Source: a bacterium BMS3Abin11 (GTDB taxonomy: Bacteria > Pseudomonadota > Gammaproteobacteria > BMS3Bbin11). From it: DNA of 64,000 nucleotides. Positions 10,148 to 20,281 of the stretch are shown in pieces (positions within the stretch are counted from its first letter, which is position 1; each line of letters opens with the position of its first letter). Below the pieces are notes generated by a model. The model was given only the letters and a program-made list of their open reading frames with translations, was not told the DNA's origin and did no database searches. The position numbers and the translations under genes were made by a program. The stretch is taken from contig BDTD01000011.1 in assembly GCA_002897635.1 (NCBI GenBank), positions 76,436 through 140,435 on the forward strand. The letters are read 5' to 3'.

Positions 10148-10531
10148 ATGGCAAAAGCTGACTACCAGAAACTAAACCAACCCATTCGCAGTATCATGCG
10201 TATCATCTATGCAACCCAGTGGTCCATGAAAGGCTTTGAATCAACTCTGAAAACGGAAGAAGCATTTCGCCAGGAAGTACTGCTTCTGATCATTCTGGCA
10301 CCACTGGGTATATGGCTAGGAGATACGGGAATAGAACGGACCTTGCTGATTGGCACAGTCCTAATCGTCCTTATTGTTGAACTACTGAATTCTGCAGTCG
10401 AATCTGCGATAGACCGTATCGGTGATGAACATCACAAGTTATCAGGCAAGGCAAAAGACCAGGGTTCAGCAGCCGTCTTCGTTTCCCTTGTACTTGCTAC
10501 AATGACATGGCTCTTCATTCTAATCAAATAG
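10148..10531 (+). CDS. dgkA: diacylglycerol kinase
   Basis: 127 aa, three TM helices, conserved EELLNSAVESAIDRIG segment of DgkA. Confidence 0.9.
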   Translation: MAKADYQKLNQPIRSIMRIIYATQWSMKGFESTLKTEEAFRQEVLLLIILAPLGIWLGDTGIERTLLIGTVLIVLIVELLNSAVESAIDRIGDEHHKLSGKAKDQGSAAVFVSLVLATMTWLFILIK

Positions 10532-10689
10532 TCAGACGATCAAGTTTCTGTTACTTTCAGATGTATTTTTTTGATGAAACGTAGCTTCATGTTTGATTTG
10601 TTGAGGTATGGACACAGGAAGAGTACGTCATAATTAATCAGAGGCTCCTTAATGTTGTAAAACAGGATTGCCCCCCCCTTTAATTATAA

Positions 10690-11580
10690 TCAGTCCACCT
10701 GGGCCAGGTCATTCAGCGTCCAGTCATGTTTAAAATAGTCTATTGTTACGGTGTTTTCATTCAACCAGCCCCGTGTATCTGGGTCCAGATAGGGCAGTAC
10801 GAAACCGAGCACACCCCTTTTCTTATCCTGGAAAAGGCGGCTATCTTTATTTATAATCCATGACAGCGTCAGCGTTCGCCCAGCACGATTCAGCCGCAGC
10901 CCCTTGTCGGGGTTCTTGAAAAGGCTTCGGATATTTGCATCCAGTTGACTGTCCAGATACTCCGCCATAAAAGGCTTTGCAGTACGATCTGGACAACTGA
11001 CAGCAGCACAGCTTACGGCGAAAACAATGCGCGGATCATTAAACTGCCTGAGCAGAATATCCTTCTCTATCTGTGTCAGCGAATAGCGGTTGTTCCCAAT
11101 TCTGATTGCCTTCTTCGACCAGGGATATTTGATCAGGCTGATACTCAGACTGCGGATAGAATCCACGGGATAATGATCGATTACCAGGCGCATCGCAGCA
11201 AAGTTGTAGGCATTAATCCAGAACGCCTTGGCTACGTTCGTACCCTGCAGTTGTGTGGGATCTACTTGCTCGATGGCTCTCAGTGTTCTATTGAAAAGTG
11301 AGTTCGCGTTTTGCGCGTCCTGTTTCATCTGCGTATAGTCGAACACAGTAGTACGGGTACCGTGTATTCTCACCGCTGGACGCCAATACCTGGCAAGGAG
11401 TTCACCATACAGGCTATTGAATTCCGCAGAATCAGCATAAGACGGACTTACCATCACTGCTAGCAATACAGCAATCCAAAGCACCGATATCTTTTGCAAG
11501 CCAATAGAGTTCATTTTACGGTCTAAAAAAGACGCTACTTTGATTCCCGTACGCGCAAGTCCTGCATGCCGGGTGTTCAA
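10690..11580 (-). CDS. DUF547 domain-containing protein (signal peptide)
   Basis: AFWINAYN...VFAVSCAAVSCP motif characteristic of DUF547. Confidence 0.7.
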   Translation of the reverse strand: MNTRHAGLARTGIKVASFLDRKMNSIGLQKISVLWIAVLLAVMVSPSYADSAEFNSLYGELLARYWRPAVRIHGTRTTVFDYTQMKQDAQNANSLFNRTLRAIEQVDPTQLQGTNVAKAFWINAYNFAAMRLVIDHYPVDSIRSLSISLIKYPWSKKAIRIGNNRYSLTQIEKDILLRQFNDPRIVFAVSCAAVSCPDRTAKPFMAEYLDSQLDANIRSLFKNPDKGLRLNRAGRTLTLSWIINKDSRLFQDKKRGVLGFVLPYLDPDTRGWLNENTVTIDYFKHDWTLNDLAQVD

Positions 11581-11685
11581 TGCATCTATACCTGTCTACC
11601 ATACAATATATCCCCTAAAGAATCTTTCATAACATACCTCCATTGTTCCTCTGAAGGGCTGCCCACAATGGATAACTTTAAGGAA

Positions 11686-11790
11686 CCTCTGATTAAATAT
11701 AAAACCTATGTCTTAAGCACAGGTCAAGGGGTGACAGATCGATTAGCTGGCGGTACTAATTTTCTGGATTAAATCGTTCAGGTATGCATG
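11686..11790. repeat. ~95 bp direct repeat, copy A (5' region of the DUF547 gene)
   Basis: About 90% identical to 12778..12882. Contains the hairpin CCTRTGTCTTAARCACAGG and is preceded by a TTAAGGAACCTCTGAT-like motif. Confidence 0.7.
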
Positions 11791-11859
11791 ACCCGGTTTC
11801 AAGAAAATCTTGTAGCTGAATTCTTTGGGAACTGGGTTTTAATCTTGCTCTGTCCCCGA

Positions 11860-12594
11860 TTATAAAACCGGGCGCTGCAGTAAATCCACACGAATCGGCA
11901 TTAAAAAGTGTGCACCATCTTCACCGATGTATTGTTCAAAGCGTTGTTTGACGAGTGCATATAATTTCTCATCGAGCTCGTGGCTGGAATGCGTGACATT
12001 GATTATGTTATTTTCAAATTCAGAAAAACCTTCAAATTTCATAGGTGAATTAAAAAATGTTTCTTCGACCAGGTTAAACAAGCCTTCGTCCACCGCTTTT
12101 TTTACCGTGTAAAATGCCTCTTCGCGAACCTTTTGTTCATCGTGGAATAAACGCAGGATCTCGTTAAAATCACCGGCAAAGACTGGCTCGGAAATATAAA
12201 CCAGACCACCTGGCTTTAACACTCGTCTAATTTCCCGCATCGATACATCCATAAGTGCTAGCGGGACATGATGCAGAGATTTAAACATAAATACCACATC
12301 GATCGAATCATCGTCGAGAGGAATTTCCTGTGCACCGGATAAAGCAAATGACACATTGGGTAAATCCGTTATCTGCAGATTTTTTTTATGGGCAATTTCA
12401 TCAACTTCTAATGCGGTAATTTTACGATCTGTACCGGATGTCGCAATGTCACGGGTGATTTCAGCCTTGCCACAACCTAACTCCAATATCTGTTTACCAT
12501 CCAGCGATAGCATGCGATTGTATATTTCGGATTCAGGACAGTTAATATCGATTTGTTCTGCTGCTATTTTCATTAAACAACCTCTTGTAGACAA
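11860..12594 (-). CDS. class I SAM-dependent methyltransferase
   Basis: Motif I ILELGCGKA, post-I acidic residue, motif II/III region VDVVFMFKSLHH...LKPGGLVYISEP. Confidence 0.8.
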   Translation of the reverse strand: MSTRGCLMKIAAEQIDINCPESEIYNRMLSLDGKQILELGCGKAEITRDIATSGTDRKITALEVDEIAHKKNLQITDLPNVSFALSGAQEIPLDDDSIDVVFMFKSLHHVPLALMDVSMREIRRVLKPGGLVYISEPVFAGDFNEILRLFHDEQKVREEAFYTVKKAVDEGLFNLVEETFFNSPMKFEGFSEFENNIINVTHSSHELDEKLYALVKQRFEQYIGEDGAHFLMPIRVDLLQRPVL

Positions 12595-12777
12595 ATTCTG
12601 GTTAATACGTCATTGCGTATATAGACTCCATGGTATTCGCAAGAACGATTTTAGTCTATTTTAAGATAAACAGGCACACACGTATATTCGGCCTCTCGTT
12701 ATGGTTGAGAATCACTGACCCTAAATTTGAGCGTACCTTCATGCCCCAGCGAGAAAATTGATAACTAATCAGAGGCT

Positions 12778-12882
12778 CTTTAAATTTAAAACCTGTGTCT
12801 TAAACACAGGTCAAGGGGTAACAGACCGATTAGCTAGCGGTACTAATTTTCTGGATTAAATCAGTCAGGTAAATACATCCTG
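12778..12882. repeat. ~95 bp direct repeat, copy B (5' region of the methyltransferase gene)
   Basis: See copy A. Same orientation, about 180 bp upstream of the minus-strand MTase start. Confidence 0.7.
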
Positions 12883-12996
12883 GCTTAATCAACCTTCTTG
12901 TTCATTTTTATAATTATTTTAAACACAGGCAAGTCTTATAGCTGGATTTTATGGAGAACGGATTATTATCGTGTCTGTCCCTGATTACTTCCATAC

Positions 12997-13635
12997 CTAT
13001 CGAAACACACGCCGCAATAGCAGATGAGTAGGCAGGAATAATACCAACGGGTACAAAGCCATCAGGAACAACACATAAGCGGCAGCCGGCAGCCATTGCT
13101 GAGGTGAATCCATAAAACCGAATACCCAGTTAATGTTTGCGGCCGGTTTACTTACCAGGTAGCTCAACGGGAGTACTGTCCAGGATAACAGAGTTTGGCC
13201 GATCAGGGCCTTGCGATGGTAACCGAGGCGATGGATAGCCCACAGCAGGAATATCGGTAAGACAAAATGATACAGAGACAGGCCGCGCACAATCAACGGA
13301 ATGCCGGGATCAAACATGTAGTGGGTTCCACGAAAGCTGGTAAGCTCCGGACCGGTAATGAATCGAACGGTGAAATCAACGGCCCATCCCAGTTCGGGGA
13401 TTAGCACTGATAGTGCCATCATGCTGACCAGCAACGATGATTCCAGCCAAAGTGCGAGTAGCGTGGTCAACAGTGCCACATTCGAGCCCCACAAAAAATT
13501 GGCCGGGCCGTACTGCCACCAGTAGACCGGTACCAGAACAACGACAAATCCCGTATAAAAAAGCTTCACCCAGAGCGGGATGCTGCCAATCCGGTCCACA
13601 AATATAAACGGAGACTGATTTTTTCTAACACTCAT
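12997..13635 (-). CDS. hypothetical integral membrane protein (about 6 TM)
   Basis: Hydrophobic helices throughout. Overlaps the downstream-facing end of the Mut7-C gene by 11 nt. Confidence 0.5.
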   Translation of the reverse strand: MSVRKNQSPFIFVDRIGSIPLWVKLFYTGFVVVLVPVYWWQYGPANFLWGSNVALLTTLLALWLESSLLVSMMALSVLIPELGWAVDFTVRFITGPELTSFRGTHYMFDPGIPLIVRGLSLYHFVLPIFLLWAIHRLGYHRKALIGQTLLSWTVLPLSYLVSKPAANINWVFGFMDSPQQWLPAAAYVLFLMALYPLVLFLPTHLLLRRVFR

Positions 13636-14368
13636 TAACTCTCTCGATCATTCTTTTCATCTTTTTATAATGACTACCTTTCCAGTAGATATTGTTGCAC
13701 ATATCGCATTGAAAGAACTCGTTATAATACTTTCTAGTATCAGGTGATAACCGAGTTGCTATTACCTCTTTATTCACGGGTCGTATTTTTCCATTGCAAT
13801 GCATGCAACGCGTGAACGGCTGCTGATTATTAAATAAATCAAAACGTAACAGAACCTCTAGAATTTGTTGTTGTGGTTGTCTTGAACGCACAAAGTATCC
13901 GTGTGTTATATGTTTACGCATAAGTAATTGTCTATCGCAAGTGAGCAGTATGCGACGCTCATCGACTGATATCCTGGCCAGATCCAGGTCATCGTAGTCA
14001 TTACGATAGAGTGTATCGAATCCCAGCATACGTAAGTATGCAGCAAGCCGCCCCAGATGGTTGTCTAAGACGAAATGTGTTTTACGCAGCGGTTCTGGCT
14101 GGCAATGATTCAATGGGGAAATATCCAGTGCCTCAAATACCGGGTAAACACTGATACGGTCACCGTCTTGAACCCGATAGTTAAAATCAACGGATTCACC
14201 ATTCACGATAATCAGATCAATTTCTGTGTGCGGCACCCCAATTGATTCGATGAGATCCTTGATGGATCTTGCCTGTTTTAACTCATGACTGAAATCAGTC
14301 TTGCGCTGATCCTGTGGCAGGAAGTCGTTGAGTTCTTCGTAAAAGCGTATGTTAATCTGTTCCGACAT
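13625..14368 (-). CDS. Mut7-C RNase domain protein (N-terminal ubiquitin-like/MoaD-like domain, PIN-like DUF82, C-terminal Zn ribbon)
   Basis: PIN-like acidic residues (FVLDNHLGRLAAYLRMLGFD) and a C-terminal CxxC...CxxC ribbon (CMHCNG...CDMCNN). Confidence 0.65.
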   Translation of the reverse strand: MSEQINIRFYEELNDFLPQDQRKTDFSHELKQARSIKDLIESIGVPHTEIDLIIVNGESVDFNYRVQDGDRISVYPVFEALDISPLNHCQPEPLRKTHFVLDNHLGRLAAYLRMLGFDTLYRNDYDDLDLARISVDERRILLTCDRQLLMRKHITHGYFVRSRQPQQQILEVLLRFDLFNNQQPFTRCMHCNGKIRPVNKEVIATRLSPDTRKYYNEFFQCDMCNNIYWKGSHYKKMKRMIERVNEC

Positions 14369-14569
14369 TAGTTTTGCTAACTAATTTAAAACAAGTTGGA
14401 CTGTGTGGATATTTATACTACACGAGGTGACACGATTTAGGTCAGGGACGCTCTAATTAATTCACAGGTAACTGTCATTTTTTATCGATATGATAAATAG
14501 GGAAACCAGAAAGCTTAAGCTGTTCAATCGCGTCTACCCTGCCCCCCGCAGGTTTTTGTCTGCCCCCGA

Positions 14570-15442
14570 TTACACATTTAGTAGCTGCTCACGGATTGCC
14601 AACAATTCTTCGCGGCGTTTCGCATCCGTAAGCGGGTAGTGCATTTTGAGAGATTCATACGTCTCAAGAATAATATTAGCTATCAGTAGCCGCGCATTCT
14701 CCTTATCATCAGCGGGCACGATATACCAGGGTGCCGTTGCTGTACTCGTTGCACTCAGACACTCTTCATAAGCATGCATGTACTTCTGCCAGCTTTTTCT
14801 CTCCTTAATATCGGCAGAACTGAATTTCCAGTTTTTTTCAGAGTCGTCTATGCGTGCAAGAAAACGCTTGCGCTGCTCTTCTTCTGACAAATGAAGAAAA
14901 AATTTGATAATACATGTGCCGTTGCGATGCAGATGGTCTTCTAGATCAACAATAGATCGATAACGCTCTTGCCAGATCGTATCAACATCAATCAGTTCGC
15001 CTGGCAACTTCTGGCTGTCTAGAATCTCCGGGTGAACGCGTACCACCAGCACTTCTTCATAATAGGACCGATTGAAGATGCCGATACGACCACGTTCCGG
15101 CAAACACTGCGTGGTGCGCCAGAGAAAATCGTGATCCAGTTCTTTTGCGCTTGGGTGCTTGAAGCTGAATACCTGGCAACCCTGTGGATTAACACCCGAC
15201 ATTACATGCTTGATCGCACCATCCTTCCCAGCTGCATCCATCGCCTGAAAAATCAGCAACAAGGAATAGCGGTCGTCTGCATAGTGAAGTTGTTGCTGTC
15301 CACTCAGCTCTTTAATCTGTGCCTTAAGAAGTTTCTTATAGCCTTTCTTCGATTGATAAAATGGCTCCACCCGGGTTGACCATTTATCCAGTTGAACTTT
15401 ACTGTCCGCTGGTACACGGTAATCCCTGATATCAATTTTCAT
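14570..15442 (-). CDS. ppk2: polyphosphate kinase 2 family (polyphosphate:nucleotide phosphotransferase)
   Basis: Walker A-like [10 protein letters not shown] and PPK2 lid motifs (FNRSYYE, DxxW). Length is 290 aa. Confidence 0.85.
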   Translation of the reverse strand: MKIDIRDYRVPADSKVQLDKWSTRVEPFYQSKKGYKKLLKAQIKELSGQQQLHYADDRYSLLLIFQAMDAAGKDGAIKHVMSGVNPQGCQVFSFKHPSAKELDHDFLWRTTQCLPERGRIGIFNRSYYEEVLVVRVHPEILDSQKLPGELIDVDTIWQERYRSIVDLEDHLHRNGTCIIKFFLHLSEEEQRKRFLARIDDSEKNWKFSSADIKERKSWQKYMHAYEECLSATSTATAPWYIVPADDKENARLLIANIILETYESLKMHYPLTDAKRREELLAIREQLLNV

Positions 15443-15654
15443 ATTGCCCTACCCTGCATAACAAATAATAATTCAACACATAATATAAACCTGTCTGACC
15501 CGCTGTTTTTCTACCTTGATTTTTATGATGACCCGTTTATTTGGTATGTTCCCGGGCATTCTTTACCTGACTAATTATATTGCCTCATAACAGGTTCCAA
15601 AGAAAATCTTAAAGAGGCCGGTGATCGATAAAAATATAATTGATCAGAGGTTCC

Positions 15655-16191
15655 TTAGTTGTCACCGACCTCTTTTAATTGCTCATAGAGATCCGCATTG
15701 ATAGCCTTGAGTCCAGCCCGAGCGCAGGCTTCATCCAATTTACCGCCGGGTGCCCCACCTACGCCAATTCCTCCCACAACCTCACCAGAAAGTTTTACAG
15801 GTAACCCACCCCCCAGAATCAAAATGGAGTCATTCATATCCCTAAGCCCCTGTACCTCCGGAACGCTGCTGATGAGCTCAGCAAAAAATTGCGTAGGTGC
15901 CCTCATACTTGCAGCGGTGTAGGCCTTGCGCCGACTGCTGTCAACGGTATGTACCCCGGCCCCGTCATCCCGGATCTGGTACAACAGGACGCCTGATCTA
16001 TCAACGACAGCAACGCTTACCTTGTAACCATCAAGCCGGCATTGCGCCATAGCGGCGTCAGCAGACTGGCTGGCCAACTTCAGAGGTAAAACAGTTTGTT
16101 TGGGCAAGCCCCCTGCATATACGATATTAGACATTACAGCGAATACAATCAACATTCTGAAGAGATCTCTATGATGTTTTCTATAGTGCAT
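15655..16191 (-). CDS. GlcG/HbpS-like heme-binding protein (DUF336), secreted
   Basis: GGLPVKLSGEVVGGIGVGGAPGGKLDEACARAGL C-terminal DUF336 signature, plus an N-terminal signal peptide. Confidence 0.75.
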   Translation of the reverse strand: MHYRKHHRDLFRMLIVFAVMSNIVYAGGLPKQTVLPLKLASQSADAAMAQCRLDGYKVSVAVVDRSGVLLYQIRDDGAGVHTVDSSRRKAYTAASMRAPTQFFAELISSVPEVQGLRDMNDSILILGGGLPVKLSGEVVGGIGVGGAPGGKLDEACARAGLKAINADLYEQLKEVGDN

Positions 16192-16333
16192 TTTATGACC
16201 CTCTATACTTTAATTTAACAAATTAATTGTGTTTATTGGTCTATTGCTGGATTTAATTGTCTTTCCGATGCTAACCCCCTCATAGTTGTACGGTTGTAAC
16301 TACTATAATCAAACCACCCTTGAGGATAATTTT

Positions 16334-16582
16334 ATGAGTGATGAAGCTGTAAGTGAACAGAATGTCGACAACGATGGCCGATTGATGGGTATTCTTTCCA
16401 TCGCCGCAGCTCCAGGCGCACTACTGGTTAGCCCAACTTACTTTCCATTGCTGGCGTTCTTTCTTGGGCTGATGGGTCTGACTCTGGCAAGCCCCAGGAA
16501 TCGTTACCTCAGCATCATTGGTATTGTTGCTTCTGGAGCAGCTGGTATAGTTGGTTACTACTTTAATACTCCTATCATTTAA
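16334..16582 (+). CDS. small hypothetical membrane protein
   Basis: Two hydrophobic helices. The start was chosen at MSDEAV, but the ORF is open from 16286. Confidence 0.35.
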   Translation: MSDEAVSEQNVDNDGRLMGILSIAAAPGALLVSPTYFPLLAFFLGLMGLTLASPRNRYLSIIGIVASGAAGIVGYYFNTPII

Positions 16583-17192
16583 ATGTGGAGAAAACTGGAG
16601 CCAGATCTCAATCGTTTCTAATATTTGAGAGAATTGAGATCTGCCCCGGACTTTTCAAATAGAAAAACATTGATCAAATAGCAGCTTTTGTCTTACTGGG
16701 TTATTTTACATTGTACTGATCATGCAAATTTGCAGGTTCAATATACACACCATCCCGGGCTAATGTTACTGCCATTTCAGGTATCTTTTTACTGGTAAAT
16801 CGTGTTGCCATAAATCAAAGGGTCAGACTCGATTGATTCAGAATCGTGTCTGTTATTATCAGATATACTGATCAATGGCGCGTACTCCATTGTTTTTTTA
16901 AATGCAAATTTATTGCGATGTCTTTTTCTTTATTACCTTCTTGTATACCAAAACTGGTAAACCATAGAATACCAGAGCAAAAATAAAAGAAGACAGAACA
17001 CCATATTCCATTAACAACCAACCAAATATGATTATTCCACTCAATAACCAGGTCAACATTATTACTGCTTTTGGGAGATCTTCAGTCATTATCCTTACCT
17101 TTTACTTACAAAAATAATTTCATAGCCATCAGAGTTTTGTCCGACGCATAAAGTGTAAACCAGACATGTCAAATATTGCCCCTTTTTGCTTG

Positions 17193-17290
17193 TTATTTAA
17201 TCAGTGCCTGTTCCAGCTTTGGTAACTCTTGTTCAACAACGCTCCATATTACATCTAAATCACCACCAAGAAAATCGTGAACAAGCTTGA
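17193..17290 (-). pseudogene. remnant of a HepT/DUF86 (HEPN) toxin C-terminus
   Basis: Translation ...DFLGGDLDVIWSVVEQELPKLEQALIK* resembles the conserved HepT C-terminal tail. The reading frame is closed by a TGA immediately upstream. Confidence 0.3.
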
Positions 17291-17560
17291 ATCAGAGACA
17301 GACCACGATTCAATCTAATCTTATTTATAATTCGGTCATTCTCCCAAGTCCTGGCTTTTGGTGCAATGGGTGAACTTCAGAGGAAAGGGGCGAACTATAG
17401 ATGAAAGGTTAAAGGGGATAGGAGAAAGGACTTACAAATTACAGATAATTTCTGGATAATCGTATTATTATTAATATTCCCAACATATGATCGATTTTTC
17501 TATTTACATGTACAGTAAAGCAAAGGATCACAGGAAAGTGAAAATAAACAGGGTGGATAA

Positions 17561-18079
17561 ATGGGCCTACTAAGCTACCTATACGTAAGAAAAACAGCCC
17601 GTCTTTCCCAATCAACCACATCAGGTATTGGTAAAGATTTGTATGACGACTGGGCTGCCATGACTGAAGAACAAGGCGGTTATTACTCTGCCCTGACCAT
17701 GTCGAAAAATCTGCATGGTGTCGGCCTTACTTTTCGCTGCAAGGCCAGGGATCAGCAGAAAATAATCTGTCTTTCAATTTCGGAAAAAACGGATAAATAC
17801 TTTTTCGAGCCTGGTAAAAGATACAAATTACGGCTTCAATTTAAAAACTCGATAGTCCTCTATGCATATATGCATGCATATCAGCAAAGACACGCGACCC
17901 TTATTGATATCTCGGATGACTTCATTCATAACATTATTGATAGCGAGAACCTGAAGCTTCAATATCTCGGTGATAACGAAAAAAAAATTACGATGAAATT
18001 CTCACTCAAAGGTTCAGCCCTCGCAATTAACGCAACTATTGCCCGGGCTAATGAACATAAAGAAGAGATAAATCCTTAA
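17561..18079 (+). CDS. hypothetical protein (orphan, in a low-GC region)
   Basis: 172 aa with no recognisable domain. Local GC is much lower than in the flanks. The stop TAA falls inside the MITE terminal motif. Confidence 0.45.
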   Translation: MGLLSYLYVRKTARLSQSTTSGIGKDLYDDWAAMTEEQGGYYSALTMSKNLHGVGLTFRCKARDQQKIICLSISEKTDKYFFEPGKRYKLRLQFKNSIVLYAYMHAYQQRHATLIDISDDFIHNIIDSENLKLQYLGDNEKKITMKFSLKGSALAINATIARANEHKEEINP

Positions 18080-18241
18080 GGAACCTCTGATCAATTCGTG
18101 AACTCGTATCTCACGCCTAAAATATCCAGTTTTTTCGTTGCAAACCTTCGCAATAGCTAGCTATTACGTGCGATTTACGCCTTAAACCTGGATATTTTAG
18201 TCGCAATCTACTTCGTCCAGAATTGATCAGAGGTTCCTTAA
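18078..18241. mobile_element. MITE-like element, short copy with TIR TTAAGGAACCTCTGATCAATTC
   Basis: Reverse complement aligns with 2351..2565 except for a deletion of about 50 internal bp. The terminal inverted repeats are perfect. Confidence 0.75.
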
Positions 18242-18368
18242 TTTTTCGTCGTGGCGATGTGCATGGATGTAGAAAAAACCAATGGTAACCCCATTGTTTT
18301 GTGAGCCCAATTTATCCTATACAATGCCCGCTCACTATTCACATTGCAATCAAACTGTTTGAGGCATT

Positions 18369-20147
18369 ATGACAATTGACCAGATACTGCTGTTTGGATT
18401 GCTGTTTTTCGTTTTTGTATTCCTGGTCTGGGGGCGTTGGCGCTACGATCTCGTTGCCTTTGTCGCTCTGATTGCTGCACTGATTCTCGGGATCATACCT
18501 AAAGAAGAAGCCTTTTCCGGGTTTGGCCATCCCGCCACTATCATCGTTGCGCTGGTACTGATTATCAGCAAAGGCCTGTCGAACTCCGGTGCCATTGAAT
18601 TGATCGCCAAACAGGTCAGCCGTTTCGGCGTCACGCTGCAAACACATATCGCCGCGATGGCGGGCATTGCGGCTGCTCTGTCGGCGGTGATGAACAATGT
18701 CGCGGCACTGGCCATGTTGATGCCGGTAGACATCCAGGCGGCGATTAAGGCGAAGCGCAGTCCATCGCTGACACTGATGCCCTTATCCTTCGCCTCGATA
18801 CTCGGTGGCATGATCACCCTGATTGGCACGCCGCCGAACATCATCATTTCTGAGTTTCGGCAGAGTTCGACAGGTGCGAGTTTTAGCATGTTCGATTTCG
18901 CGCCGGTTGGACTGGTCTCTGCCACGGTCGGCGTATTATTTGTGACGCTGGTGGGTTGGCGACTGTTGCCCAAAGACCGTGTCAGTTACAATTCTGCGCA
19001 GGAACTGCTTGACGCCAGCGGTTACATTGCAGAACTGCATGTGCCTGAAGGATCACCTGCCATCAACAAGCGGGTGCGGGATCTGGATGACACTGCCAAT
19101 GAAAATGACGTTGCTATCATCGGTCTGGTACGGCGCGGCAAACGCCAGCCGGGTCAGGCAAGACTTGTAGAAATCCGTAAAGGCGATATTCTGGTGGTCG
19201 ACGCAACACCGGAAGATATGGACAAGTTCGTCGGCGCGCTTAAGCTTGATTATTCAAGCAAGGGTAAAGACAGTAGCCCACTAAGTGACGAAGATATGTC
19301 GCTGTGGGAGGTGGTGGTGCCAGAAGGCGCAAGGATAGAGGGCCGTACAGCACAATCTCTGCAACTGCAATACCGGCATGGTGTGACACTGCTCGGTGTA
19401 TCGCGTCAGGGTAAACAATTCCGTGAACGCGTACGCCATCTTGAAATCAGGGAAGGTGACGTGCTGCTGTTATACGGTGCCAGCGACATGCTGGCAGAGA
19501 TCAGCTATTGGCTAGGTACCCTGCCGCTGGCAGGTCGAAACACTGACCTGATTAAACGCCACAAGGCATGGCTGGCCGTTGGCCTGTTTGCCACCGCGAT
19601 CGCAACAGCCAGCTTTGGATTGCTCTACCTGCCGATTGCACTGGCAGCGGTGGTTGCCAGTTACGTTATGTTCAACATCATTCCAGCACGGCATGTTTAT
19701 GACTCAATCGAGTGGCCGGTCATCGTGCTGCTTGGTTCTATGATCCCGATTGGTGTTGCGCTGGAATCAAGCGGTGGTACGGCACTGATCGCCGATGCCA
19801 TTACCACACTGTCGGACGGTTACTCACCGGTGGTGGTGCTGACTCTGCTGATGGTCGTCACGATGACTCTTTCTGATGTCATGAACAACACAGCAACAGC
19901 CGTTATCGCCGCCCCGATTGCGGTCGACATTGCTAACCGCCTCGGTGTAAACGCCGATCCGTTTCTAATGACCGTCGCCGTGGCCGCCTCCTGTGCCTTC
20001 CTGACACCCATCGGACATAAGAACAATACCCTGATTATGGGCCCGGGAGGTTACCGCTTCGGTGACTACTGGCGCATGGGACTGCCGCTGGAAATACTGA
20101 TTATCGTGGTATCGATTCCGATGATTCTTTGGGTTTGGCCTCTTTAA
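18369..20147 (+). CDS. SLC13/DASS-family anion permease with two central TrkA-C regulatory domains
   Basis: N- and C-terminal transporter halves with repeated motifs (MPVDI..., TPIGHKNNTLIMGPGGY), and two TrkA_C-like segments (about residues 215-385). Confidence 0.8.
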   Translation: MTIDQILLFGLLFFVFVFLVWGRWRYDLVAFVALIAALILGIIPKEEAFSGFGHPATIIVALVLIISKGLSNSGAIELIAKQVSRFGVTLQTHIAAMAGIAAALSAVMNNVAALAMLMPVDIQAAIKAKRSPSLTLMPLSFASILGGMITLIGTPPNIIISEFRQSSTGASFSMFDFAPVGLVSATVGVLFVTLVGWRLLPKDRVSYNSAQELLDASGYIAELHVPEGSPAINKRVRDLDDTANENDVAIIGLVRRGKRQPGQARLVEIRKGDILVVDATPEDMDKFVGALKLDYSSKGKDSSPLSDEDMSLWEVVVPEGARIEGRTAQSLQLQYRHGVTLLGVSRQGKQFRERVRHLEIREGDVLLLYGASDMLAEISYWLGTLPLAGRNTDLIKRHKAWLAVGLFATAIATASFGLLYLPIALAAVVASYVMFNIIPARHVYDSIEWPVIVLLGSMIPIGVALESSGGTALIADAITTLSDGYSPVVVLTLLMVVTMTLSDVMNNTATAVIAAPIAVDIANRLGVNADPFLMTVAVAASCAFLTPIGHKNNTLIMGPGGYRFGDYWRMGLPLEILIIVVSIPMILWVWPL

Positions 20148-20150
20148 AAA

Positions 20151-20172
20151 CCAGGACTGAGTCCTGGTTTTT
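20151..20172 (+). terminator. rho-independent terminator
   Basis: CCAGGACTGAGTCCTGG hairpin followed by TTTTT, directly after the transporter stop. Confidence 0.7.
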
Positions 20173-20281
20173 AGACTAAAGATTCGGGATTAAAGATGAA
20201 AGAGGAAAGAAAGGTCAAAAAACGTGAACCATTTTTACTTTCATCCCTTATCCTTCGTCCTTCATCTTTTATCTGCCTTCC

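Noticed and set aside
16910-17090. About 59 aa minus-strand ORF encoding a small hydrophobic peptide in the AT-rich islet
   Set aside because: Below the track threshold with no RBS or conservation evidence. It may be a chance ORF in AT-rich DNA.
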